DNA of 64,000 nt from Legionellales bacterium (GCA_002709565.1 PAPY01000026.1:1222-65221), one strand, 5' to 3'; numbered from the stretch's first letter, positions 1 to 9,611 are shown. Made by a program: numbers and translations. The notes: a model not told the origin generated them from the sequence alone.

Positions 1-2
1 GA

Positions 3-275
3 ATGAATCACACGTGTAGGGCTAATCTGATGATGCCTACTCTTGCATTACCAATTGATATCCCTGGCCTAGAAATTCTTATACAAGATGGTTATGGCTC
101 ACTAAATCATGAGCTTGATCAGATTGAATTAATTAATAAGCAGGGAGTTGAGCTTGAAAGATTACGATTTATCGCCTTTCAAGATAATAAACACCCTGCT
201 AGGAATCATGAGGAGATTCCTTCAGATGATGCTGTGCCAAAACGTCGTGGCTCATGGGGAGGAGGAGGGTTTTAG
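3..275 (+). CDS. hypothetical protein, 3' end only (gene starts left of window)
   Basis: The ORF is open to the window edge. It stops 1 nt from the convergent methyltransferase stop. No recognisable motif; it ends in WGGGGF. Confidence 0.3.
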   Translation: MNHTCRANLMMPTLALPIDIPGLEILIQDGYGSLNHELDQIELINKQGVELERLRFIAFQDNKHPARNHEEIPSDDAVPKRRGSWGGGGF

Positions 276-276
276 T

Positions 277-1101
277 TTAATTCTTAACCCCTAAGACTGT
301 CACCATAGTTATCCCCCAAAAAAGACTACCGGCAACGTCAGCTTTATTCAGCGCTGTTGACACTTCAGCAAGATCACTATCAGATAACAAGCCCTGTTTA
401 TTCATATCTTCGAGCATGGATTCAAGCTTGATGATTTTATTGAGTGATTCTAGGCTATCGACATAGAAGCCTTGTGGTTTTACCTCAACATCAACAAGTC
501 CGTGCTGTTTGAATAGTCCAGGTAGCTGTCTACCTACAAAAGGATTCAGCACCAGTTCTTGCCAGTACTTGATGACACTGTCCGTGATGGCTCCTAAGTA
601 GGGTGATAATATCATCGAGCCGAGATCAAGTGATGTGATACATAGCTTGCCACCGGGTTTAACTACTCGGATAGCCTCAGATAGGGTATGGTTGACATCT
701 TGTTGGCTGACGAGAAGTCTATCAGCGCGCAGTGCTGAGAATGTATTATCGTCAAAATCTAGTTGATTAGCGTCTGCTTTGCGATAAAGGATATTAGTTT
801 GTTGTGTCAATTTTCGAGCTTCAGTCAGCATTTTATGGCTTAAATCGATACCCATCACTATGCCGTCCATGCCAACGATTTCAGCCATCATGCGGGTGTC
901 ATACCCTAATCCGCAACCCAGCTCTATAACGTTGTCTCCGAGCTGGAGATCAAGCATCTTGACGGCAGTGCGTTTGATTTCCTTGATTGGCTCTAGCTGT
1001 GCATGGAGTTTCATTGATTCGATGAGAAATTCGGCATTATTGCTGTTATCTAGATCAACAAAGTCTTTGAGAGAAAATTTTTGTGATGGATTGCTTTTCA
1101 T
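277..1101 (-). CDS. class I SAM-dependent methyltransferase
   Basis: 274-aa ORF. VIELGCGLGYD matches the GxGxG SAM-binding motif I. It is followed by an acidic loop (GIDLS) and RVVKPGGKL (post-II/III motifs). Length is typical of Rossmann-fold MTases. Confidence 0.8.
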   Translation of the reverse strand: MKSNPSQKFSLKDFVDLDNSNNAEFLIESMKLHAQLEPIKEIKRTAVKMLDLQLGDNVIELGCGLGYDTRMMAEIVGMDGIVMGIDLSHKMLTEARKLTQQTNILYRKADANQLDFDDNTFSALRADRLLVSQQDVNHTLSEAIRVVKPGGKLCITSLDLGSMILSPYLGAITDSVIKYWQELVLNPFVGRQLPGLFKQHGLVDVEVKPQGFYVDSLESLNKIIKLESMLEDMNKQGLLSDSDLAEVSTALNKADVAGSLFWGITMVTVLGVKN

Positions 1102-1449
1102 TGTATGTGGGTAACCTTCATCAGATTTATAACCCTAACCGTAGTTAGGGGATTGTCACATGGGCTTATTATTAAATCCATATATTTCTGGCACTTACCT
1201 GAGCATGGTTAAAATAAAGTCAATTTAGAGTAAGTCAACGTGTAGTTTATGTCATGAATAAAGCTCAATTAACATACATGAAAATGAAGCTAATTATAGA
1301 GCCCAATTTAACGTCTATAATGTGTTGAGAAAGAATGCGGTATTGTGTACATTAACTGTCAGTAATAACTCGTTAGAGACAGTTATGTATCGCTGAATTT
1401 GGGCCTATTTATGGGCTATTTGATGGTTTAGATCGAAAAGGAGCAGGGT

Positions 1450-2790
1450 ATGCAGCCGCAACAACCATTTGTTGAATATTTGACCTGGAGTAAGGTTCGG
1501 GACGAAGTCGGTAAGATTTGTTCAAAATTTGTCTCAATCATTGATGAAATCAACCCTGCTGATGATTTAACCCTCGTCAAAGTTAGATACCCTTTCGGTG
1601 CTAAAATCATATCTGATGGCTTGTTGAATTTGCCCACGGAAAGAGGGGGCATGATGCCAATCACAGATAAGCGCCTCCCAGAAGAATTGCAGAGGTCCCT
1701 TTGTTATAGCCCTGTGCCGCTTGGCTTTATCGTTAAGAACAGTATTGAAGTCTATCGTGAGCTGGAGGACAGGGTATTCTCCATCGCAAGTTGGGGGCAA
1801 GGCTTAGATATCGGGATCTGGGAACATTTTGGTTGGACAACACCTTACAGTATTACAGCTGGGGCACGATCATTATATATCGTTCCCCGAGTAACCCTAT
1901 CAACTGCGCACAAGAAATTAAAGCGCGATTTCAATATTACTTTGCCTCCACCCAAGCGTGCATTTGACCACTGGAGTTTACTAAAGCAAATTGCTAACAG
2001 CCCGAACTTTTCGGAACCTTGGTTTTGCGAAGTCATTTTTCTCTCGCAGAAGTGGCTTAATCTCTTAGAAAAAAATAAAGACGCTAATTCGAGTTTATGG
2101 GGACGTTTGCATCAATATATTGTTGATAAGAATGTTGCACATTCAGAGTATGGCCGTAGACGCTCTATATTTGAGATTGTTTGGGAAATATTTTCACGCT
2201 CATTGACAGTAAAGGGCTTGAGGCCTAATCCCTACGTTATTGATACGTTAAAGCACTTGGCGTTTGTTGGAACCGGTGGTTCACCAGGTAGTGCGCCAAG
2301 CACAGGGTCATCCATCATGGGACCCATCTCTGGGCTTCAGTCAGCTTATTTAAATTCCTATGGATTAAAAGACTATATCCCCACGATCATGCAACCGCGG
2401 TATCTCCGTAGTGATGAAACAAAACCCGTATATTATTCATTACAATCGCCAACTTTATTAGAGTCGGTGCCAAAGTCACGAAATTTAACAAGTATTGTCG
2501 ATAATGTCCGTGAGCTTAAAGAGCTGACCGATCATTTTCTTGGGGAAGCATTTGATGAACATTTAAGGATTGCTAATATTCCTCTTAATGAAATTATTAG
2601 TCAATTGAATTTCGAGTTTTTCCATGAGGATGCATATACCTATGGTAAAGAAATACGGCCAAGTCATGACATGCCTGAGAATGATCCTGATTTGCTGTAT
2701 ATGCCGGAGAAGAACGACTCGCTAAAATTTGCCGATACATCACCATATCTGCATGGGTGTGTGAGGATCAGCAAAATATCGTCGGATTGA
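1450..2790 (+). CDS. hypothetical protein (446 aa), family not recognised
   Basis: Long uninterrupted ORF with a good RBS (aaaggagcagggtATG). No catalytic motif recognised by eye. First gene of a same-strand trio. Confidence 0.6.
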   Translation: MQPQQPFVEYLTWSKVRDEVGKICSKFVSIIDEINPADDLTLVKVRYPFGAKIISDGLLNLPTERGGMMPITDKRLPEELQRSLCYSPVPLGFIVKNSIEVYRELEDRVFSIASWGQGLDIGIWEHFGWTTPYSITAGARSLYIVPRVTLSTAHKKLKRDFNITLPPPKRAFDHWSLLKQIANSPNFSEPWFCEVIFLSQKWLNLLEKNKDANSSLWGRLHQYIVDKNVAHSEYGRRRSIFEIVWEIFSRSLTVKGLRPNPYVIDTLKHLAFVGTGGSPGSAPSTGSSIMGPISGLQSAYLNSYGLKDYIPTIMQPRYLRSDETKPVYYSLQSPTLLESVPKSRNLTSIVDNVRELKELTDHFLGEAFDEHLRIANIPLNEIISQLNFEFFHEDAYTYGKEIRPSHDMPENDPDLLYMPEKNDSLKFADTSPYLHGCVRISKISSD

Positions 2791-2917
2791 TAGAGATGCT
2801 TGTCATAAGTTAATCATCTCTATAAAATGCCGGCATGGTACGAATTGCTGCTATGCAAGCTGAATATTTGCAAAAAAACATAAAAATAAAAGCAGCCTAA
2901 AATTACAGGACGCACCA

Positions 2918-4132
2918 ATGCAAACTTTTCTTAGAGAGTTACGAAATAGATACTTTACTTGTATTGCTGATATTGTTGGTAAGCAGGATATCCAGTTCGT
3001 GGTGCTTACCCATCTTTTGGATGACCGACCAGAGCTGCTGGAAGCGCTTTCGAGGATTGCGCCCATAAGCTTATTGATTGGTATCCCATATTCGATCCAC
3101 CAGCCAACACTAGAGTTGCTTCAAAAGACTTTCCCAGTTGAAACGCCTTCACTGGATAACCTTTACGATAATGAATATCTGGTTTCTTTAGTTGCTGATA
3201 ACATTGACCCAGATAAGCCAGTTGTTATTCTTGAGATCGGGGGATATTTTGCTCCTTTAGCAAAGACTTTACAGACACGCCTAGGTGGTAAACTGTTGGG
3301 TATTATTGAAGATACAGAAGCAGGGCACCGTCGTTATGAAGAGTATCTAGCAACACTTCCGTGTCCTGTTATCTCTGTTGCCCGTAGTGAGCTTAAAGAA
3401 ACTGAAGATCATCTTGTTGGAAGTTCATGTATTTATTCAACGGAGCGAATGCTCCGTGACCTTGGTTTTCCTCTGGAGGGTAAATCAGCTTTGGTACTAG
3501 GATATGGCAAAGTAGGCAAGGGTGTTGCTTACAGTCTTTATCGTCGGCATTGTCCTGTAGCAGTCTATGATATTAATTCAATCAGGAGAATTAATGCTCT
3601 CAGTGAAGGTTTTAAAGTACTTAATAAGCGCCTAGCTCTTACTGAGTCTGAGTTGATCTTTGGTGCAACGGGTAAATGCTCAGTGACGCGAGAAGATTTC
3701 CCTTTCATTAAAAATGGCGCCATGTTAATTAGCTGTAGCTCAAAAGATACAGAGTTTGACCTACAGTATATGCGAGATAATTATGTAGTTGATACCGTTA
3801 GCGATGGTATTGAACGATTTCGTAACGAGCAACAAGTCTTTTACTTGCTTGGGCAGGGGAGACCGATTAATTTTCGTGATGGTGCCGTTATTGGGCCGGT
3901 GTTATCTCTAGTTCAGGCGGAAATAATATTGGCAGTTCAAGAAATATTGAATCAACAGGGCAAGAATATTTTATTAGAGACAAGTAAAACAGCAAGAGAA
4001 ACCTTAGCGGATATGTGGTTACATCAATTTGGTGATGGCTCTAAAGGGATCAGCTATTTCGATTGTGCAGGTATAGAGACAACAATGAATGCAAATGATA
4101 GTCAGATTAGTAAGGAGCTAGAGAAAGCATGA
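2918..4132 (+). CDS. S-adenosylhomocysteine-hydrolase-like NAD-binding protein (divergent)
   Basis: GKSALVLGYGKVGKGVAYSL...VAVYD...ALSEGFKV...ATG...IKNGAMLISCS..EFD parallels the GYGDVGKG NAD-domain core of AdoHcy hydrolase. The N-terminal LEIGGY...IIEDTEAGHRRY resembles the DDGGD / EETTTG motifs. Confidence 0.6.
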   Translation: MQTFLRELRNRYFTCIADIVGKQDIQFVVLTHLLDDRPELLEALSRIAPISLLIGIPYSIHQPTLELLQKTFPVETPSLDNLYDNEYLVSLVADNIDPDKPVVILEIGGYFAPLAKTLQTRLGGKLLGIIEDTEAGHRRYEEYLATLPCPVISVARSELKETEDHLVGSSCIYSTERMLRDLGFPLEGKSALVLGYGKVGKGVAYSLYRRHCPVAVYDINSIRRINALSEGFKVLNKRLALTESELIFGATGKCSVTREDFPFIKNGAMLISCSSKDTEFDLQYMRDNYVVDTVSDGIERFRNEQQVFYLLGQGRPINFRDGAVIGPVLSLVQAEIILAVQEILNQQGKNILLETSKTARETLADMWLHQFGDGSKGISYFDCAGIETTMNANDSQISKELEKA

Positions 4133-4803
4133 TAGACGCACAAATTGATGTCATTAATAAGACGGTTGAATACGTTAAAGACACGTTGAGCAAAGACAGC
4201 TCTGGTCACGATTGGTGGCATGTTAATCGAGTCTATAAGCTAGCTTGCCAAATAGCGCGGTTTGAGGATGCTGATGAGTATACTGTTGCCCTGGCTGCTC
4301 TATTGCATGATATCGCTGACTGGAAGTTTCATGGCGGTGATGATTCAGTAGGGCCTAAGGTAGCCCAACAATGGCTAGATGAGCTTGGTGTCGATAATGA
4401 GATAATTGAGCAAGTTTGTCGTATTATCAAAGAGGTTTCCTTCAAAGGCGCGGGTGTCGAAGATAGCGTGTCTAGCCTTGAAGCTAAGGTCGTGCAGGAC
4501 GCAGATAGATTAGATGCTCTAGGTGCCATAGGTATCGGTAGAACCTTCGCCTATGGCGGTCATAAGGGGCGTAAGATGTATGATCCTGACATACAGCCAG
4601 TTAACCACCAGACTTTTGATGAGTATAAAAACAGCGTTGGTACCACAGTTAACCATTTTCATGAAAAGCTATTTCTACTAAAGGACAGGATGAATACCAA
4701 GACGGGGCAGATGCTTGCTGAACAGAGACACCAAGTTATGGAAGATTTTATCAATCAATTCATGAGTGAATGGAATGCTGAACTAAAAATAGCGCCCCAG
4801 TAA
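4129..4803 (+). CDS. HD-domain phosphohydrolase (YedJ/YpgQ-like)
   Basis: SGHDWWHVNRV, LLHDIADWKF and QDADRLDALGAIG supply the H..HD..D metal ligands of the HD superfamily. The ATG overlaps the upstream stop (ATGA), which suggests translational coupling. Confidence 0.8.
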   Translation: MIDAQIDVINKTVEYVKDTLSKDSSGHDWWHVNRVYKLACQIARFEDADEYTVALAALLHDIADWKFHGGDDSVGPKVAQQWLDELGVDNEIIEQVCRIIKEVSFKGAGVEDSVSSLEAKVVQDADRLDALGAIGIGRTFAYGGHKGRKMYDPDIQPVNHQTFDEYKNSVGTTVNHFHEKLFLLKDRMNTKTGQMLAEQRHQVMEDFINQFMSEWNAELKIAPQ

Positions 4804-4831
4804 TATTACTGAGGCACTGAGGAACGGACCA

Positions 4832-5428
4832 CTAGGCGATATGCTCATCATGAGATTCTTCCACGTACTTAGAAATAATCTCACTGAGAACGTCTAGTGG
4901 CGCAGGTTTGCTGAGAAAATCATTCATACCTGCATCGATACATAGCGCTTTATAAGAATTATCATTTGCAGTCAGCGCTACAATAGGCGTTGCCATATTT
5001 TTACTTTGTTTTCTAATCGCCTTGGTTGTTTTAATTCCGTCGATGTCAGGCAAGCCGATATCCATGAAGATAATATCGAAGCTTTCATTATCTGCTAATT
5101 TAATTGCTTCAGCACCGCTGCTAGCAATAGTGATAGTGTGGCCAAGCTTATTGAAAATCTTTTCATTGATCCGCTGTAACATACGGCTATCTTCAACAAG
5201 TAATATCTTTGGGGTATTTAACATTGTGCTTACTCCTTCAAGTCCATTGTCGCCATGACATTGGGGGTTGGTTAGCGGGGAAAGTAACTCCTTTCTGCGC
5301 TGATAGCAGGAAAAAATTTCTTGCTCAACGAGGTCGATTTGACTTTGTAGATGAGTGACTGTCTCGATGTGTTGATCAATAACAGTCTGGATGCTACTTA
5401 GCTTGCTTTGACGATTAGTGGTTTCCAT
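4832..5428 (-). CDS. orphan response-regulator receiver protein with N-terminal coiled coil
   Basis: ILLVEDS, IIFMDIGLPDIDG, IVALTAN and LSKP give the CheY-like DD/D/T/K receiver signature. It is preceded by about 70 aa of heptad-like sequence. There is no output domain and no adjacent kinase. Confidence 0.8.
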   Translation of the reverse strand: METTNRQSKLSSIQTVIDQHIETVTHLQSQIDLVEQEIFSCYQRRKELLSPLTNPQCHGDNGLEGVSTMLNTPKILLVEDSRMLQRINEKIFNKLGHTITIASSGAEAIKLADNESFDIIFMDIGLPDIDGIKTTKAIRKQSKNMATPIVALTANDNSYKALCIDAGMNDFLSKPAPLDVLSEIISKYVEESHDEHIA

Positions 5429-5840
5429 TGTCGTGTTTCCTATCTAATTAAACTTTAAACGTCCAATGTGTCCATCAGTCACTTTGACTCATGTCTCACA
5501 ACATGGTGCCATTACACCACAGCAAACAATTGGTTAGAATTACACAACTTTTGAGCTTAATCAGACAATGGAATTCATAAGTGAAGTTAACCTACGAATT
5601 TCAGAGGTTAATTGATGCTTGTTTTAAAGGGATTTTCTAAGTAATTCGAAAAATAAAAAAATATTTTTGTTTCTCGCTATGAATTACTTGTCATCTACGA
5701 ATTCATAATATATTCTCCAAAACATTCCCGTTGGATGTTTATTCTAATAAACAAAATGCTTTCAGCTGGAGTTTGGAGCTTCTGATTCGCCTTGTGGCAG
5801 CAGAAGTTGTCGTTATCTTGAAGGTATAAGGATCATAATA

Positions 5841-6209
5841 ATGAATAGCATACATATCTTACCGCGTCTTATTCGTTTACGTGATGCATTTTCTTATCTT
5901 GGTATGGATCGTGAACGGTTCAACACTGAAGTTAGACCAACACTGACTGAAATCCCGATTGGAAAGCAAGGCGTAGCCTTCGACAGACTTGATTTGGACG
6001 CCTGGGTCGAGGATTATAAGACCCGTAGTGGGCGTCCCGCTGTAGATCTGAATAGGAGTAAACAAAAATGGGACGCAAAAAATCGCCAGGCCTCTTTAAA
6101 AGAGGCAAGTACTGGCACGTTGAAAAACAAATCCACGGACAGCGAGTTCGAGAAAGTACTGGAGCAGTGTCTCTCGAAGAGGCGGAAAGGTACCTCCGTA
6201 AACTCGTAG
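5841..6209 (+). CDS. AlpA/excisionase-type HTH DNA-binding protein
   Basis: N-terminal LIRLRDAFSYLGMDRERF...GVAFDRLDLDAWVEDY resembles the AlpA/MerR-like HTH of prophage regulators. It sits directly upstream of the integrase. Its C-terminal 47 codons overlap the integrase ORF. Confidence 0.6.
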   Translation: MNSIHILPRLIRLRDAFSYLGMDRERFNTEVRPTLTEIPIGKQGVAFDRLDLDAWVEDYKTRSGRPAVDLNRSKQKWDAKNRQASLKEASTGTLKNKSTDSEFEKVLEQCLSKRRKGTSVNS

Positions 6210-7195
6210 AGGAAATACGTGAAGCGAGCATCTATGGTGTTCGTCCTCAGCGGACATTTAAGGATGCTGCAACAAAGTTTATGGCTGAGAATACCCATAA
6301 ACGCAGTATTGCTGATGATGCTAGTAGGATAAAATCTTTGATGAAATATATCGGAGATTTAGAACTTCACCTTGTCCACATGGGAACTTTGCAGTCGTAT
6401 ATAGCTGCAAGGCGAGCTGAAGGCCGAAAAGCACGTACAATTAATCATGGACTACAGGTTGTGCGTCGTATTTTGAATCTTGCAGCTAGCGAGTGGATGG
6501 ATGAAAATGGATTGACTTGGTTAGCTAGTGCGCCAAAGATTAAATTACTAACGGAGAATGACAAACGGAAACCTTATCCATTAAGCTGGGATGAGCAAAC
6601 GAGTTTGTTTAAAGCGCTCCCTAGTCATTTAGAAAAAATGGCGCTCTTCGCTGTTAATACAGGGTGTAGAGATCGTGAAGTTTGTCGATTGCAATGGGAT
6701 TGGGAAGTTAAAGTCCCTGCACTTGCAAATGCCTCGATTTTTATTGTTCCAGGTCATCTAGTTAAAAATGGAGAAGACCGCTTGGTGATATGTAATAAAA
6801 TTGCACAGTCTGTTGTCGAGAGTCAACGCGGCAAGCACCCGACTCATGTATTTAGCTTTCGTGGGAGACCACTTAGCCGAATGCTTTCAACAGGTTGGCG
6901 AAATGCACGCAAGGCCGTTGGGTTAGCTCATGTGAGAGTGCATGATCTTAAGCATACCTTTGGCCGTCGTTTGAGGGCAGCAGGGGTAAGTTTTGAGGAT
7001 CGTCAGGACTTGCTTGGGCATCGATCATCGCGCATAACAACACATTATTCATCAGCTGAATTGAGCAATCTTCTGGAAGCTGCGAATAGTGTTTGTGAAC
7101 GAAATGGCAATTGCGTTGTGCTTACGGTACTACGTAATCCAAGCTTTAGTAATTGCATTAATTCAACTGATCATACTAGTGTATTGATGGGTTGA
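6068..7195 (+). CDS. int: tyrosine-type site-specific integrase
   Basis: The N-terminus GLFKRGKYWHVEKQIHGQRVRESTG is typical of island integrases. Catalytic boxes are NTGCRDREV (Arg), VHDLKHTFG (His-x-x-Arg region) and LLGHRSSRITTHYS (His/Tyr). It lies about 100 bp from a tRNA 3' end. Confidence 0.9.
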   Translation: MGRKKSPGLFKRGKYWHVEKQIHGQRVRESTGAVSLEEAERYLRKLVEEIREASIYGVRPQRTFKDAATKFMAENTHKRSIADDASRIKSLMKYIGDLELHLVHMGTLQSYIAARRAEGRKARTINHGLQVVRRILNLAASEWMDENGLTWLASAPKIKLLTENDKRKPYPLSWDEQTSLFKALPSHLEKMALFAVNTGCRDREVCRLQWDWEVKVPALANASIFIVPGHLVKNGEDRLVICNKIAQSVVESQRGKHPTHVFSFRGRPLSRMLSTGWRNARKAVGLAHVRVHDLKHTFGRRLRAAGVSFEDRQDLLGHRSSRITTHYSSAELSNLLEAANSVCERNGNCVVLTVLRNPSFSNCINSTDHTSVLMG

Positions 7196-7301
7196 TGTTA
7201 GAATGTAAGAAATGAACCCCCACAAAATCCCCACAGTGGATTTTATGGGAAACTGGGAGGTTATATACAGGCTTGTAACCCATTGAATTAAAAGGGATTT
7301 T

Positions 7302-7378
7302 TGGTGGGCCCACTAGGACTCGAACCTAGGACCAAAGGATTATGAGTCCTCTGCTCTAACCAACTGAGCTATGGGCCC
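7302..7378 (-). tRNA. tRNA with CAU anticodon (lysidine-type Ile2 or elongator Met)
   Basis: The reverse complement reads GGGCCCATAGCTCAGTTGGTTAGAGCAGAGGACTCATAATCCTTTGGTCCTAGGTTCGAGTCCTAGTGGGCCCACCA. This gives a 7-bp acceptor stem, D arm, CT-CAT-AA anticodon loop, GGTTCGAGTCC T arm and an encoded CCA. Its position downstream of rpoD recalls E. coli ileX. Confidence 0.9.
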
Positions 7379-7606
7379 TGAAAACTTTTTCTGATCACTT
7401 AACAGTTCTAACACTGTTTACCAACATAACTATGTTGGTTAGAGCGACGCGGCATTCGCCGGCTGCTCTTTTGCTCGCTTCGCGTTCCCGCTACGCTCAC
7501 AAAACCGGCCTTCGGCCTTCGCTAAAGCTTCGGCCCGACAAGCCTGGCATCCTGCCTTCCGGCGCTCGCCCTGGAAAAAGCAGTGCTTTTTCCTTAACGG
7601 GCTTGC

Positions 7607-7636
7607 CCAACTGAGCTATGGGCCCCCGAAAACTTT
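7607..7636 (-). repeat. duplicated fragment: tRNA 5' end (first 19 nt) plus about 10 nt of leader
   Basis: ccaactgagctatgggccc at 7607-7625 is identical to 7360-7378. The following gaaaacttt also matches 7380-7388. The fragment abuts and overlaps the rpoD stop codon (7635-7637). Confidence 0.85.
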
Positions 7637-9494
7637 ACTCGTCCTCCTGCTCCAAGAAACTGCTCAGTTCTGATGAGCGGCTCGGATGGCGGAGTTTGCG
7701 TAATGCTTTGGCTTCAATTTGTCGTATCCGTTCGCGGGTGACGTCAAATTGTTTGCCAACTTCTTCTAACGTATGGTCCGTGTTCATATCGATCCCGAAA
7801 CGCATACGTAATACCTTCGCTTCCCTTGGGGTAAGTGAGGATAATACTTGTTGTGTGGCTTCTCGTAAACCCTCATTCGTCGCTGAATCTAACGGTGACA
7901 GTACCGATGGATCCTCAATGAATTCTCCTAAGTGTGAATCTTCATCATCACCAATTGGCGTTTCCATAGAAATCGGCTCTTTAGCAATCTTCAACACTTT
8001 ACGGACTTTATCTTCCGGCATGTCTAATCGTGCGCTCAGTTCTTCTGGTGTCGCTTCTTGACCTGTCTCTTGCAAAATTTGCCGTGATACACGATTTAAT
8101 TTATTGATAGTCTCAATCATGTGCACTGGAATACGAATGGTGCGGGCTTGATCGGCAATGGAACGCGTAATCGCCTGTCTAATCCACCAGGTCGCATAGG
8201 TCGAGAATTTATAGCCGCGACGATATTCGAATTTATCGACAGCTTTCATCAGACCAATATTGCCTTCTTGAATCAAATCCAAGAACTGCAAACCGCGATT
8301 AGTGTACTTTTTCGCGATGGAAATCACCAAACGCAGGTTAGCTTCAACCATTTCTTTTTTAGCGCGGCGGGCTTTCGCTTCACCCATGGACATACGCCGA
8401 TTAATTTCTTTGATAGTACTAACAGCAAGATGACTGGACTCAGCAATGGCTGCGAGTTTCTTTTGTGCGCGTAGAATTTCTCTTTCGTAACGCTGCAGAA
8501 CCTCAACATACGGCTCTTTGTCTTTTAGGTGGTTGCTTAACCAGTCCACGTCTGACTCGTGACCTGGGAATGATTGAATAAACACTTTGCGTGGCATTTT
8601 GGCTTTGCGAACGCAAATATCCATGATAATGCGTTCTTGTACGCGAATTTTTTCGAGCAAACCACGCATATGTTGGGTTAATTTATCAAACTGTTTAGGG
8701 ATCAGTTTGAATGTCATGAAATAGTCGGCCAGTGCCTGTAATTTTTTTTGTGTGGTCTTGTGTTCTCGACCATGTTTGTCTAAGGCTTTACTGTATGCCT
8801 TTAATAGTTTCGCTAATTCACCAAATCGCTTTTTGGCTTCAACTGGGTCGGGGCCTGTATCGGCTAAATCGGTACTACTATCGTCACTATCATTGTCATC
8901 ATCATCACTATCATCGGAATTATCGTCAGCAGTATCTGCTTTGACTGAATTATCTTGAATTTCTTCATCAGTGTAACCACTGATCAAATCGCTCAAGCGG
9001 CCTTCTTCTTCGGTGATGCGATCATATTCATCCAGTACCATTTGAATAATCAATGGGTATTCTGACAGTGCCGACATGACGAGTTTAATGCCTTGTTCAA
9101 TACGTTGAGCAATGGCAATCTCGCCTTGGCGGGTGAGAAGTTCCACAGATCCCATCTCACGCATGTACATACGCACAGGATCAGACGTCCGATTGGTCTC
9201 GGCGTGAAAACTGGTTAATTGTTCGGTGGCTTCTTCAACATCGGACTCATCCGGCGTTTCGGCATCGGCAAGTAATAATTCATCCGGGGTTGGTGGGGTT
9301 TCTCGCACCAAAATGCCCATCTCGCCAAGGGTGTTGATGAATAAATCAATTTGGTCGGGTTCAATAATGTCATCCGGAAGATGATCGTTGATTTCAGCAA
9401 AGGTCAGATAGCCTTGCTCTTTACCCTTCATGATCAATAATTTGATCTGGGATTGCTGCTGCTCTTCTGGGTTCATCGCTGCCATAATCACCAA
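7635..9494 (-). CDS. rpoD: RNA polymerase sigma factor RpoD (sigma-70)
   Basis: 619 aa. Region 1.1 is followed by an acidic insert, then region 2 ([27 protein letters not shown]) and region 4 ([32 protein letters not shown]). Confidence 0.98.
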   Translation of the reverse strand: MVIMAAMNPEEQQQSQIKLLIMKGKEQGYLTFAEINDHLPDDIIEPDQIDLFINTLGEMGILVRETPPTPDELLLADAETPDESDVEEATEQLTSFHAETNRTSDPVRMYMREMGSVELLTRQGEIAIAQRIEQGIKLVMSALSEYPLIIQMVLDEYDRITEEEGRLSDLISGYTDEEIQDNSVKADTADDNSDDSDDDDNDSDDSSTDLADTGPDPVEAKKRFGELAKLLKAYSKALDKHGREHKTTQKKLQALADYFMTFKLIPKQFDKLTQHMRGLLEKIRVQERIIMDICVRKAKMPRKVFIQSFPGHESDVDWLSNHLKDKEPYVEVLQRYEREILRAQKKLAAIAESSHLAVSTIKEINRRMSMGEAKARRAKKEMVEANLRLVISIAKKYTNRGLQFLDLIQEGNIGLMKAVDKFEYRRGYKFSTYATWWIRQAITRSIADQARTIRIPVHMIETINKLNRVSRQILQETGQEATPEELSARLDMPEDKVRKVLKIAKEPISMETPIGDDEDSHLGEFIEDPSVLSPLDSATNEGLREATQQVLSSLTPREAKVLRMRFGIDMNTDHTLEEVGKQFDVTRERIRQIEAKALRKLRHPSRSSELSSFLEQEDE

Positions 9495-9611
9495 CCTTAC
9501 CTATCAGGTTAAAAAAGGGCCAATTAAATGCCCGGGTCGAAAGAACCGGCTATTGTAGTCTTTCTGCTCTAAGATATCTAGGGCTTTATACCATAATAAG
9601 GGAAAAAGCAT

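Noticed and set aside
5624-5636. A 12-nt match (taaagggatttt) to the sequence just outside the tRNA 3' end (7289-7301), considered as a possible island att repeat
   Set aside because: It is too short and AT-rich and lies outside the tRNA body. It would delimit an island containing only int/alpA. This is likely chance.
7379-7606. Possibility that the GC-rich insert is a group I intron of the tRNA(CAU) gene
   Set aside because: The tRNA at 7302-7378 is complete with an uninterrupted anticodon loop. The insert lies upstream of the tRNA 5' end, not within it, and I see no P7/P3-like conserved core.
7432-8061. ORFs 7432-7614 and 7618-8061 on the plus strand
   Set aside because: The first lies in the GC-rich non-coding insert, with Arg/Ala/Pro-biased junk translation and no RBS. 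The second is antisense to the highly conserved rpoD 3' end.
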